In this document: in pieces, positions 45,609-54,992 of the stretch | Layout: every line of letters begins with the position of its first letter | Position numbering within the stretch: the first letter of the stretch is position 1 | Position numbers and translations under genes: made by a program | Assembly (NCBI GenBank): GCA_024644725.1 | Contig: JAHEHE010000003.1 | Location: 2,049 to 66,048, forward strand | DNA: 64,000 nucleotides | Direction: 5' to 3' | Source of the DNA: Flavobacteriaceae bacterium | Lineage (GTDB): Bacteria > Bacteroidota > Bacteroidia > Flavobacteriales > Flavobacteriaceae | The notes under the pieces: model-generated | What the model was told of the DNA's origin: nothing | Database searches by the model: none | The model's input: only the letters and a program-made list of their open reading frames with translations

Positions 45609-46505
45609 ATGTGCGGAACCTGCGGTTGCGGCTCACCCGACGGCAAAGCCGTTCTTCGTAAGCCATCTCAAAATCACGCCCATCAAGGTGATCACGAACA
45701 CGATCATAGTCACGGACACGATCATAGTCACGGACACGATCACCATCATCATCATGAGGAGGGTCACCCCCACTCCCATGGACATTCTCACGATCATGAA
45801 CATGCGCATGGACATAGTCATGGACACAGCCACCAGCATCATGATCACGATCACAAGAGTACGGTGCTCGAGGTGGAAAAGAACATACTGCTTCAGAATG
45901 ACATGCAGGCAGCACGAAACCGTGGGTATTTTGAAGCCAAGCAAATATTGGCGCTAAACCTGGTCAGCTCCCCGGGGTCAGGAAAAACTTCGATCCTGGA
46001 GCGAACTCTGAAGGACTTGAAAGAAGAGATATCTTTCACGGTGATTGAAGGCGATCAGCAGACCCTCCAGGATGCCAACCGAATTGATGCGCTTCAGATT
46101 CCCGTGATTCAGATCAACACCGGCAAAGGCTGCCACCTGGAAAGCGACATGGTCTTTGATGCTGTTAAAGAGCTGGCTCCAAAAGACGACTCTATACTGA
46201 TGATTGAGAACGTGGGCAACCTGGTCTGTCCGTCCATGTTTGACCTGGGTGAAAAACATCGAATTGTCATTCTCAGCATTACCGAAGGAGAAGACAAGCC
46301 CCTGAAATACCCGGATATGTTTCATTCCTCTGACATCTGCCTGATCAACAAAATAGATTTGCTTCCACACCTGAACTTTGACCTGGATAAACTCAAAGAA
46401 TACGCATTACAGGTGAATCCGAATCTGCAATTCTTCGAGATCTCAGCAACGACAGGTGAGGGAATGCAACACTGGTATGACTGGCTGAAAAATGCCAGAA
46501 AATAG
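45609..46505 (+). CDS. hypB: Nickel GTPase HypB with CxxCGC and a His-rich insert
   Basis: MCGTCGC, 31 His in 60 residues, SSPGSGKT, GCHL, ENVGNL and NKID. Confidence 0.96.
   Translation: MCGTCGCGSPDGKAVLRKPSQNHAHQGDHEHDHSHGHDHSHGHDHHHHHEEGHPHSHGHSHDHEHAHGHSHGHSHQHHDHDHKSTVLEVEKNILLQNDMQAARNRGYFEAKQILALNLVSSPGSGKTSILERTLKDLKEEISFTVIEGDQQTLQDANRIDALQIPVIQINTGKGCHLESDMVFDAVKELAPKDDSILMIENVGNLVCPSMFDLGEKHRIVILSITEGEDKPLKYPDMFHSSDICLINKIDLLPHLNFDLDKLKEYALQVNPNLQFFEISATTGEGMQHWYDWLKNARK
45699..45734 (+). repeat. Perfect 18-bp tandem repeat x2 (HDHSHG) in hypB
   Basis: CACGATCATAGTCACGGA twice. Confidence 0.9.
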
Positions 46506-46522
46506 ATAAAAAACTAATTGAT

Positions 46523-46786
46523 ATGTGTCTGTCGATTCCCGGAAAACTCATAGAAGTCACATCAGAGCTCGATGAAACGTTTCGACTTGGTCGGGTGTCT
46601 TTTGACGGCATTGTAAAAGAAGTCAGCCTGACCCTGGTCCCGGAGGCCAAGGTCGGTGACTATGTAATGGTCCACGTCGGAGCGGCGATCAGCCTGGTCG
46701 ACGAGGAAGAAGCCGTGAAGACTTTCGATCTGCTGAAACAACTCGGCGAACTCCACGATCTGGACGATACCGGAGAGACCGAGTAA
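46523..46786 (+). CDS. hypC: Hydrogenase chaperone HypC
   Basis: MCLSIPG and VGDYVMVHVG. Confidence 0.96.
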   Translation: MCLSIPGKLIEVTSELDETFRLGRVSFDGIVKEVSLTLVPEAKVGDYVMVHVGAAISLVDEEEAVKTFDLLKQLGELHDLDDTGETE

Positions 46787-46797
46787 TGCTAGTGCGA

Positions 46798-47889
46798 CTA
46801 GCCCTTCCCTTTTTTCGTTTCCGCGACTGCAGGAGCCGTTTCGCCCTCGAATGATACCCAGGACAAATACAAATTGTAGGCAATGGCCAATACCACAGGC
46901 CCTATGAACAACCCCAAAATCCCCTGTAACATCATGCCTCCCAGGGCACCTATTAAAATGACCAGCATCGGGGTTTCAAGACCTTTGCCCAACAAAATGG
47001 GCTTCAGGAAACTATCCGACATCGAGACAATAATGGCATATATGGAAAATATAATGGCCGGGGTTGTCTCAGCATATGAGAAAACGATAGCAATTGCCGG
47101 GATCATTGCGATTAGAGGAGGCAACTGAATGATGGCGAATATAAGGACCAACACGGCAAATACACTAGCTGCAGGCAATTGGATGACAACGAATCCTATG
47201 TACGCAAGTACCGCCTGAATAATGGCTACAAGCAGTATGCCTTTTACTACGCTCCGAATGGTACTGGTGCACATATCCATAAACTCTTCTCCTTTTCCAG
47301 GTCGGAGCCTGTTGGCAAATTGAACCCCGGCCTTGTAACCTGAGTCGGCACTTGACATGAAGACTCCCGCGATGATCAAGGCGAAAAGACCGATGGCTAC
47401 GGAGCCGAGCAAACCCGTAAAGCTTCCAAAAAACCAACTGAGGGAGCTCTCGATCTCATCCTTGTATGAAGAAATGAATCTCTCAAGATCCGTAGAGGCC
47501 TGGCTCCAAGCTGTGTAAAGCCTATCTCCAATAACCGGCCAATCCGCAACATCTTCCTTCGGGGGCGGAATCTTAAGGCTTCCTTCATCCAACTTGGCAT
47601 AAAATTCCTTTCCGGAATCAATCAGGGAAGAAGTCAGATTAACCGTTGGGGTTATGATCAGCCCTAAAAGAACGAGTATGAACAGAGAGGTGACGAGTCC
47701 TTTCTTCTTCCCTTTGGTCAACCCCAGGATTCTCAAATAGATAGGATACAGCGAAACCGCTACAATGATTGACCATACGATCAATGTGACAAAAGGCCTC
47801 ACGATCAAAAAGCTCCATGCCAGGAGCAGAGTTAGTAGCACAATATTGATGTAGGTATTGATTGGATTGTGCGTGTTTGGAGTTTTCAT
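46798..47889 (-). CDS. AI-2E family transporter
   Basis: About 8 TM segments; DSFLKPILLG and GLFIGPVVLA. Confidence 0.9.
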   Translation of the reverse strand: MKTPNTHNPINTYINIVLLTLLLAWSFLIVRPFVTLIVWSIIVAVSLYPIYLRILGLTKGKKKGLVTSLFILVLLGLIITPTVNLTSSLIDSGKEFYAKLDEGSLKIPPPKEDVADWPVIGDRLYTAWSQASTDLERFISSYKDEIESSLSWFFGSFTGLLGSVAIGLFALIIAGVFMSSADSGYKAGVQFANRLRPGKGEEFMDMCTSTIRSVVKGILLVAIIQAVLAYIGFVVIQLPAASVFAVLVLIFAIIQLPPLIAMIPAIAIVFSYAETTPAIIFSIYAIIVSMSDSFLKPILLGKGLETPMLVILIGALGGMMLQGILGLFIGPVVLAIAYNLYLSWVSFEGETAPAVAETKKGKG

Positions 47890-47905
47890 ATTGGTTATAT
47901 TTAAA

Positions 47906-49297
47906 TTAGTTCAATTCTGTTTCATTTTCAGGGTCAACGACCCATCCTCCTCCCAGGGCCTGGTACAGCGCAATAATCGACGAGACCTGATTCTTGAAGG
48001 CTTCAGAGGCATTGAGTTCCGAGGTAAACTGGGAATTCTGCAAATTCAATACCTCCAGATAGCTCGTAAGACCTCCATCATATCTGACCCAGGCCAGCTG
48101 AGAGGCTTTTATAGCCAATTCCATTTGCTCATTTCTCAATTCGTATTCGTTCTTGTAGGTTTCAACGGCGATCATTGCATCTTCAACTTCCTGAAGTGCG
48201 TTGAGGTAGGCAGCTTCATAGTTCAATAGCAATTGTTGTGTTCTTTGTTCTTCGATCTCCACATTGCGTTGCAGTTTGCCGGCATTGAAAAGAGGGCCGA
48301 GCAACTGGGCCCCTAAATCAGCAAAGAGAAATGACGGGTCGATAAACTGCGCTCCCATATCAAGTGAGAGCGTGAGAGAGGGATATTTTAAAGCCTCGGC
48401 GACACCGATTCTCAGGGTCTGTGCATGCAAATTGCGCTCAGCCTGAAGGATGTCAGGTCGTCGGTCGAGCAATTCTGAAGGAAGCCCTACCGGTATCTCT
48501 GGCAAGCTGATCTGATCGTAAAGTGCAAGCCCTCTCGGGATGGGCCGTGGTGGGGTACCGGTCAATATGCTGATCGCGTTCTCGATCTGCCTGCGGGCTC
48601 GATCAAATGTCTCAATGGCCGTCTTGGCCTGGCTCACCTGGATCTTAGCCTGGGAAAGGTCAACTTCACTGATGAAACCGGCATTATATCGGGCCTGCAT
48701 GACCTCAAGGTTATCCTGAAAATTCTCAGCAGTCTTTTCAGCTATTATCCGTCGATTATCCGCGTCTCTCAGGGCTACATAGGCATCTGCCACAGCAGAC
48801 ACAATAACAATATTCAGAGACTTGAATGCCTCTTCGGATGCCAGGTAATTCTGGAGTGCAATTTTGTTCTGGGTCTTGATTCGCTGCCAAAGGTCAACCG
48901 TATAGGACACATTGAGCCCGGCCCCCACCTGATTATTCGAGCCGGAGACCTCGCTATTGACCAAGCTGGAGCCATAGGCATTGTAACCAATCAAGGGATA
49001 GTAGTCGGCCCGAGCCACATCAATTTGCAATACGGCCTCCTGCATGCGTGAGATCGCAATCTGAATATCCTGGTTGTTTGTCAGGGCACTGTCTATGAGA
49101 TCTACAAGAATCGAGTCTTGGAAAAGTTCCCACCAGGGTATGTTTGAAATAGCACTGTCTTTCGGAAAATCCTGAGTGAAAGATTCGGGGGTCGGCATCT
49201 GCTTTCGCTCATAATCTTCACCCACTTTGCAACTTTGAATAGACATCAGAAAAGCAAAAGTCAATACCAGGGACCCTATGAAAATACGAACCTTCAT
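47906..49297 (-). CDS. Outer membrane factor lipoprotein (NodT/OprM family)
   Basis: Lipobox IQSC, WWELFQD, PSELLDRRPDI and LYQALGGGW. Confidence 0.93.
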   Translation of the reverse strand: MKVRIFIGSLVLTFAFLMSIQSCKVGEDYERKQMPTPESFTQDFPKDSAISNIPWWELFQDSILVDLIDSALTNNQDIQIAISRMQEAVLQIDVARADYYPLIGYNAYGSSLVNSEVSGSNNQVGAGLNVSYTVDLWQRIKTQNKIALQNYLASEEAFKSLNIVIVSAVADAYVALRDADNRRIIAEKTAENFQDNLEVMQARYNAGFISEVDLSQAKIQVSQAKTAIETFDRARRQIENAISILTGTPPRPIPRGLALYDQISLPEIPVGLPSELLDRRPDILQAERNLHAQTLRIGVAEALKYPSLTLSLDMGAQFIDPSFLFADLGAQLLGPLFNAGKLQRNVEIEEQRTQQLLLNYEAAYLNALQEVEDAMIAVETYKNEYELRNEQMELAIKASQLAWVRYDGGLTSYLEVLNLQNSQFTSELNASEAFKNQVSSIIALYQALGGGWVVDPENETELN

Positions 49298-50337
49298 TTT
49301 ATCGATTTTGATTTGCTTTTAGAGATACGATCCAATAATCCGAAAGTAGCAACCACATAAACAACTGCCATCGCGATCTGAATGATCCGATCCCAAACTT
49401 TGCTCCCAGCTTCGTCATCTGATGCTGTAACGGAACCGAGTATAAGAAGGAATGTGGAAAAGGCACTGCCAAATATCCCTCCGTACTTGCTATCGGAAAA
49501 CAACTTTCGTGCAAAGACAAAACCAATGAGTAGCACAAGTAGCATCATGAAGATAAAGCTGGGGGCCATTACCAGAAGCTGGTAGGCAAGTATGCCGAAG
49601 AGTCCTCCCAGTGTATTGGCTACTATCATGACAAGACCCACTTTTGGGCTGGCCAGAGCAGGACTTACAGTTAGGATAGCAACAAAAGTCAAAATCAATA
49701 CGGAAGACGACCATTGAAAGAGATAATAGAGAATGATCACGGGTGCCAGTATGCACATGATCTTCACGGCATAGACATAACGTTGTTGACTTGTCTGTTT
49801 GGGAGCCTCTGCCTTTTCTTTGAGAAATTTCTCATCCGCTTGGCTCAGAGGAAAAAGCATGAAAATCATCTGGGTGAGCGCAATGGCCATAAAGGCATTG
49901 AACACCAAGATAATTGCAATGTAAGCTCCAATCGCAGTGGAATCAATCGAAAGAAATGGGATCAGAACAATGCTTATCAAAGCAAAGAGCTTCACCATCA
50001 TCGGCAACCTGTCCGTGTAGTACAGCCATAATAGAGTCAGTAATAACAACGGAATATATACCAGCGCATATTGTTGAAATGCACTTGCGAAAAGGACAGC
50101 CAAAAGCGTCAGAATGGAAAGAATCAGAAGAAAACCTATGCCCTGCTTAAAAGTCAACGGTTTGGCCCCCGGTGCCAAATAACCCAGTCCCAAAACGGCA
50201 GTCAAGTAGGCAAGGTCATAGTTGAGCAAGGAGGAAACAGCCACAATAAATGCACTGCCCAAAACGTATCGCAGAACAGGAATGGAATCCTTCCAGTCTA
50301 TTTTAAAACTCGATATGTTTAAGACCTTATCGGACAT
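49294..50337 (-). CDS. DUF2955-like (FUSC-related) inner membrane protein
   Basis: About 10 TM segments in two halves; lies between HlyD and OMF genes with overlap and a 1-nt gap. Confidence 0.7.
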   Translation of the reverse strand: MSDKVLNISSFKIDWKDSIPVLRYVLGSAFIVAVSSLLNYDLAYLTAVLGLGYLAPGAKPLTFKQGIGFLLILSILTLLAVLFASAFQQYALVYIPLLLLTLLWLYYTDRLPMMVKLFALISIVLIPFLSIDSTAIGAYIAIILVFNAFMAIALTQMIFMLFPLSQADEKFLKEKAEAPKQTSQQRYVYAVKIMCILAPVIILYYLFQWSSSVLILTFVAILTVSPALASPKVGLVMIVANTLGGLFGILAYQLLVMAPSFIFMMLLVLLIGFVFARKLFSDSKYGGIFGSAFSTFLLILGSVTASDDEAGSKVWDRIIQIAMAVVYVVATFGLLDRISKSKSKSIK

Positions 50338-50338
50338 A

Positions 50339-51520
50339 CTATCTGACGAAAGATAAATAGGACATCAGTCGAATCTTGAATGCCGCTATTGAATTTAAAA
50401 TGAAATTGTTGCCTGTGTACACTACTACATCTACCTGCCCTCCCAATCGATAGAGGTCCAGGATGTCTGCTTCATTGCTCGAGATGATCACCGGGAATCG
50501 CTGCGGATCCTGGAGCCATCCCTTTTTCTGGGAAATGGTAGGCAGACCACCCTTATTGGTCTCGTTCGTCGAGACTCCGAAGCCCATGCTTCTCACCTTC
50601 CCTTTGAAAACCCGACCCGGTGCGATGTCAAGTATAAACTCGACCTCATCGCCAATGCTCATCTGTGACAGGTTGTTCTCCTTGAGGTTCGCCTGTATCC
50701 AAACGTCACTGGAAGAAATCAAAGTAGTCAAAGGCTGTCCGGCTGAGGCATAATAACCGAGGTCGATCTCAAAACTCTCTATGAAGCCGTTTGTCGGGGC
50801 CACAATTGTAGAGAACTCAAGGTCCAGCTGAGCCTGTTCCAGGGTTTGAACCGCCGTTCTGATCTTAGGGTTGTCTGGCCCGTCGATTCCCAGATTTTGT
50901 TGAGACCTTTCCAGGCCTGCCTCTGCAGACGCTACCTGTTCTACAGCCTGCAAATAAGCCGTTTCGGCCTGGTCCTTGTCTGCCGCGGAAAGCGCTCCCT
51001 CGTTTTCTTTCATGACCTGCTGCACACGGTTCCAATTCCTTTCGGCACGATCCAGCTGGGCCCGGGCCACCCCCAGACGGCCCGCCGATGATTTCACAGA
51101 AGCCGAGCTCGCAGCAATGGATTGCACCGCATTGTCTATACCTGCTTCTGCTTTGGATACCGCAATTTCAAACGGGCGCCGATCAAGTTGAAAAAGTGTG
51201 TCTCCGGCCCTGACCTTTGTATGTAGTTGAATTCGCACATCCGTAATAAAGCCCGAAACCCGGGGACTAACCGGGGTGATCAGACCCTGAATTCTACCCT
51301 GGTCGGTGTAAGGCGTATGACGATCTGCGCTAACATACCAAATGAAAAACAGAACTGAAATCAACAAGACGATGTAAGTCACCTTCTTGATCGATCCCCC
51401 TTTTTCAGTCTTCTTATCCAGGGAATTGCCCTGTGCCTCCTGATTTTGAGGTGCTTCCTGGTTCTTAGGCGCTTCCTGATTTTGCTGGTCTTCCAAGGTT
51501 GTATCTTTATTCTTTTCCAT
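50339..51520 (-). CDS. HlyD family periplasmic adaptor
   Basis: Single TM, DRHTPYTD, PRVSG, LFQLD, VAPTNG and WLQDPQRFPV. Confidence 0.92.
   Translation of the reverse strand: MEKNKDTTLEDQQNQEAPKNQEAPQNQEAQGNSLDKKTEKGGSIKKVTYIVLLISVLFFIWYVSADRHTPYTDQGRIQGLITPVSPRVSGFITDVRIQLHTKVRAGDTLFQLDRRPFEIAVSKAEAGIDNAVQSIAASSASVKSSAGRLGVARAQLDRAERNWNRVQQVMKENEGALSAADKDQAETAYLQAVEQVASAEAGLERSQQNLGIDGPDNPKIRTAVQTLEQAQLDLEFSTIVAPTNGFIESFEIDLGYYASAGQPLTTLISSSDVWIQANLKENNLSQMSIGDEVEFILDIAPGRVFKGKVRSMGFGVSTNETNKGGLPTISQKKGWLQDPQRFPVIISSNEADILDLYRLGGQVDVVVYTGNNFILNSIAAFKIRLMSYLSFVR
51431..51484 (-). repeat. Imperfect 18-bp repeat x3 encoding (Q/K)NQEA(P/Q) in the HlyD cytoplasmic tail
   Basis: QNQEAP-KNQEAP-QNQEAQ. 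Confidence 0.85.
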
Positions 51521-51542
51521 ATCTATCCGCAAAGATTTTCAA

Positions 51543-51992
51543 TCAATTACTCTTCTCTGGCCCAACGTCTTTTCTCAAAATTTCCTGATACACAAAAAAC
51601 ATAAAGGCCGTGGACCAGCCGATCAACATGATTCCGTTGATGGCTTCCAATCCAGCCAGAATGCGATTGGTTGAGTCAATAGTAATCTCACCGTACCCTA
51701 AAGTGGTAAAAGTCACCAAAGAAAAATAGACGGCTTTCTCAAAGCTTTGAAACTCCGTTATACCTGGCAACAACAAGTAAAGAAAGGCCCAAAGGCTGGC
51801 TTGAATCAGGTGAAGTATTATCAGAAAAAACGATGTACCTATTAGAATGCGTACCGTTCGTTTTTTGAAAGTCTCCCGGGAGAGGCGTTTCTGAACAGCT
51901 ATAAATTTTTGCAGCCAGTAATTGGTGCCTTGAGCCTGGATGACAACTGTGAGACCTATAATGAACAGGCCAAGCAGTACGTTGATTAGCAT
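51543..51992 (-). CDS. Small potassium channel family protein (pore domain only)
   Basis: AVYFSLVTFTTLGYGE filter flanked by TM helices; no RCK domain. Confidence 0.85.
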   Translation of the reverse strand: MLINVLLGLFIIGLTVVIQAQGTNYWLQKFIAVQKRLSRETFKKRTVRILIGTSFFLIILHLIQASLWAFLYLLLPGITEFQSFEKAVYFSLVTFTTLGYGEITIDSTNRILAGLEAINGIMLIGWSTAFMFFVYQEILRKDVGPEKSN

Positions 51993-52139
51993 TAGGAATT
52001 GATTAGTTAACGTATAAATTTAGATGTTTTGACCTTAAATTCCTAAAATGTAAGTCAAATTAGACAAATCCTCAGATCGGCGATACAAGAATTAAATCCT
52101 TACCTTCGCAATACATCGAATACTAAAAAAATCAAACTC

Positions 52140-53138
52140 ATGTCTATCAAAAATCTTCGAGCTGAGGTCATGCTCACATTGGAGCGAAATGTCAGCCAAT
52201 TCCTGAATGATTATCTCATTCCCCCGGAAAAAATCTGGCAACCCTCCGACTTCTTGCCTAATCCTCAGTCTGAAAACTTTATGGACGAGGTTGAGGAAAT
52301 TCGGGAAGTAGCCAAGGATCTTGGAAATGACTTTTGGGTTACCCTGGTCGGTGACATGGTTACAGAGGAAGCGCTTCCTACGTATGAATCGTGGTTGATG
52401 GATGTGGTAGGTGTAAACCAGCATGGAGAAGAAGGAGACAATGGCTGGGCCAAATGGGTCCGGATGTGGACAGCTGAAGAAAATCGTCACGGAGATGTGC
52501 TCAACAAGTATTTGTACCTGTCAGGAAGGGTCAATATGAGAGAGGTCGAAATCAGTACGCAACACCTGATTGCCGATGGGTTCGATATTGGAACGTCACG
52601 CGATCCTTATAAGAATTTCGTTTACACCAGTTTCCAGGAGTTGGCAACCTATGTCTCTCACAACAATGTCGCTAAAATTGCCCGGAAAGCAGGCTTGAAG
52701 AACCTGTCGAAAATGTGCAAGATCATAGCGGGAGATGAGATGCGACATCACAAAGCCTATACAGAATTCGTCAGACAAATCTTCGAGGTGGACCCAAGCG
52801 AGATGATGTTAGCCTATTTTGACATGATGAAGTTGAAGATTACGATGCCCGCCATGCATCTGAGGGAATCGTTTGAGGCCCAGGGCGGACTTTTTGAAAA
52901 ATTTTCTGAAGTGGCTCAGCGCATTGGCGTATATACCAGTTTTGACTATGTCGACATCTTGAGAAAATTGAATGAAGCCTGGAAGATCGACACCATGTCC
53001 GGGTTGAGTGCCGAAGCTGAAAAGGCTAGAGCCTACTTGATGAAATTACCCGAAAGGATGGAAAGGATTGCAGAGCGCATCGTGATTCCAGACACCGATT
53101 ATGAATTTAAATGGATGAACCCGCTTGTGGTGCGGTGA
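52140..53138 (+). CDS. Acyl-ACP desaturase (soluble di-iron)
   Basis: WQPSDFLP, TEEALPTY, AEENRH, FQE and DEMRH. Confidence 0.93.
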   Translation: MSIKNLRAEVMLTLERNVSQFLNDYLIPPEKIWQPSDFLPNPQSENFMDEVEEIREVAKDLGNDFWVTLVGDMVTEEALPTYESWLMDVVGVNQHGEEGDNGWAKWVRMWTAEENRHGDVLNKYLYLSGRVNMREVEISTQHLIADGFDIGTSRDPYKNFVYTSFQELATYVSHNNVAKIARKAGLKNLSKMCKIIAGDEMRHHKAYTEFVRQIFEVDPSEMMLAYFDMMKLKITMPAMHLRESFEAQGGLFEKFSEVAQRIGVYTSFDYVDILRKLNEAWKIDTMSGLSAEAEKARAYLMKLPERMERIAERIVIPDTDYEFKWMNPLVVR

Positions 53139-53165
53139 TTCCCAATTCCTGCATCGAGAAAGCCT

Positions 53166-54977
53166 ATGAGATCACACTTTTTTTCGCTGGCCCTTCTGTT
53201 TTCGACGATGGCCCTTTTTTCGCAAAAGAGCATCAATTACCAAATCAGTTTTGAAAAGGCCGTTCAACATGAAGCTGACATTGAGATCGTCTACCGGGGT
53301 CTCGAACCCGGCGAACTTCGACTTCGAATGAGCCGGAGCTCACCCGGGCGTTATGCCGTTCATGAATTTGCCAAAAATGTCTACGCATTTCAAGCTTTCA
53401 ATGAAAGCAATGAGTCCTTAAAAGTCAAGAGGCCCAACCCTCATGAATGGGTCGTTTCGGGTCATGACGGCACAGTGAAGGTAAATTATACCCTTTTTGC
53501 GAATCACGGGGATGGCACCTACGCCCAAATTGACGAGAGTCACGCTCACCTGAATATTCCGGCAACTTTTCTTTTCGCTCCTGATCATGCCATTGAGCCG
53601 ATAGAAATTGAAATTCGCACCCGCGAGGACCTGAACTGGAAAATAGCCACACAGCTCAAGTCACTCGGAGAAAATCAGTTTTATGCCCCTGATCTCCACT
53701 ATTTCATGGACAGCCCGATCGAAGTCAGCGATCACAAAATCAAAAGCTTTGAAGTAGACGGTCCTGAGGGAACGGCGACGATCAACTTTGTTCTCCACCA
53801 GGAAAACGGCTATGAAGGCTTTGATGAGTATGCAGGCATGGCAGAGAAGATCGTAAAGGAACAGATGCGCGTCTTTGGAGAGTTGCCGAAATTTGATTTT
53901 GGCGCCTACACTTTCCTCGCGTGCTATGCCCCGAACGTCGATGGAGATGGCATGGAACACAGAAACTCCACGGTTCTCACCAGCGTGAGGTCCTTGTCTG
54001 AAGGAGGGTTGAAGAGAAATATAGGTACGGTCTCCCATGAATTCTTCCATGCCTGGAACGTAGAGCGAATTCGACCTGCCTCACTCGAGCCTTTCGACTT
54101 TGAAGATTCAAATATCTCGGGAGAGCTCTGGTTTGCTGAAGGCTTCACGAGCTATTACACCAATTTAACCCTGTGCAGGGCCGGCATCATTACTCCGGAG
54201 GAATACGCCAAGCGACTGGCACCTGTGCTTAGCTATGTTGTGAATTCTCCAGGCAGGCAATATTTTGGACCCGTGGGAATGAGTTACCAGGCTCCCTTTG
54301 TGGATGCCGCCACCTCTGTGGATGAAGTGAACCGGGAAAATACCTTTATCTCCTATTATTCGTATGGCAACATCTTGGGCCTTGGCCTGGATCTTTTGTT
54401 ACGAGAGTTGGATGAAGACAAGAATCTCGACGATTTTATGAAATTGGTCTGGGTTCGACACGGCAAAAAGGAGATCCCTTACACCTTGAGAGACCTCAAA
54501 GCGATTCTCGTAGAATATAGTTCCCAAGAATTCGCCGAGTCCTATTTCTCAAACTATATTCACGGCAGCAAACTTCCCGACTTCAATTCCCACCTCGCTG
54601 CATTTGGAATCGAAATCTCAGTGGCTAACCCACAGCGTCCGCGGCTCGGGGCCCGAATTTCCCAGGAAGATCAGAATTGGCGTGTAGCCTCGAACCCAAT
54701 GGAGGGATCGGGACTTTTCGAAGCCGGTTTCAGCAAAGGAGATTTGATCCTTTCGATCAATGGGCAATCAACAGCAAAAGATCTGACGCTTGAGGCTTTT
54801 GCAGAAAAATTCAAACCGGGTGAGACCCTGGATGTGGAATATTCCAGATTTGGCAAGACGGGTAAAAAACAGGTGACACTTGGTTCGGATCAAAGCTTTA
54901 AAACCGAGTTGATGACTGAACTTGATGCGAAGACCAAAGCCCGCAGGGATGCTTGGCTCATCCACAATAAAAAATAG
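53166..54977 (+). CDS. M61 glycyl aminopeptidase family with PDZ domain
   Basis: Signal peptide, GMEH, HEFFHAWNVERIRP, LWFAEGFTSY and a C-terminal PDZ. Confidence 0.92.
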   Translation: MRSHFFSLALLFSTMALFSQKSINYQISFEKAVQHEADIEIVYRGLEPGELRLRMSRSSPGRYAVHEFAKNVYAFQAFNESNESLKVKRPNPHEWVVSGHDGTVKVNYTLFANHGDGTYAQIDESHAHLNIPATFLFAPDHAIEPIEIEIRTREDLNWKIATQLKSLGENQFYAPDLHYFMDSPIEVSDHKIKSFEVDGPEGTATINFVLHQENGYEGFDEYAGMAEKIVKEQMRVFGELPKFDFGAYTFLACYAPNVDGDGMEHRNSTVLTSVRSLSEGGLKRNIGTVSHEFFHAWNVERIRPASLEPFDFEDSNISGELWFAEGFTSYYTNLTLCRAGIITPEEYAKRLAPVLSYVVNSPGRQYFGPVGMSYQAPFVDAATSVDEVNRENTFISYYSYGNILGLGLDLLLRELDEDKNLDDFMKLVWVRHGKKEIPYTLRDLKAILVEYSSQEFAESYFSNYIHGSKLPDFNSHLAAFGIEISVANPQRPRLGARISQEDQNWRVASNPMEGSGLFEAGFSKGDLILSINGQSTAKDLTLEAFAEKFKPGETLDVEYSRFGKTGKKQVTLGSDQSFKTELMTELDAKTKARRDAWLIHNKK

Positions 54978-54992
54978 ACAAACCAGCAAGAT

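Noticed and set aside
45675-45856. CRISPR-like periodicity
   Set aside because: In-frame His codon repeats inside hypB, with no spacers or cas genes.
30402-52139. Hydrogenase/exporter region as a mobile genomic island
   Set aside because: No integrase, transposase, tRNA or flanking direct repeats seen. I could not compute GC or codon shifts, so horizontal origin is unproven.
52140-53138. Plant-like soluble acyl-ACP desaturase as an unusual acquisition
   Set aside because: To my knowledge this family is common in Flavobacteriaceae; no link to the neighbouring systems is visible.
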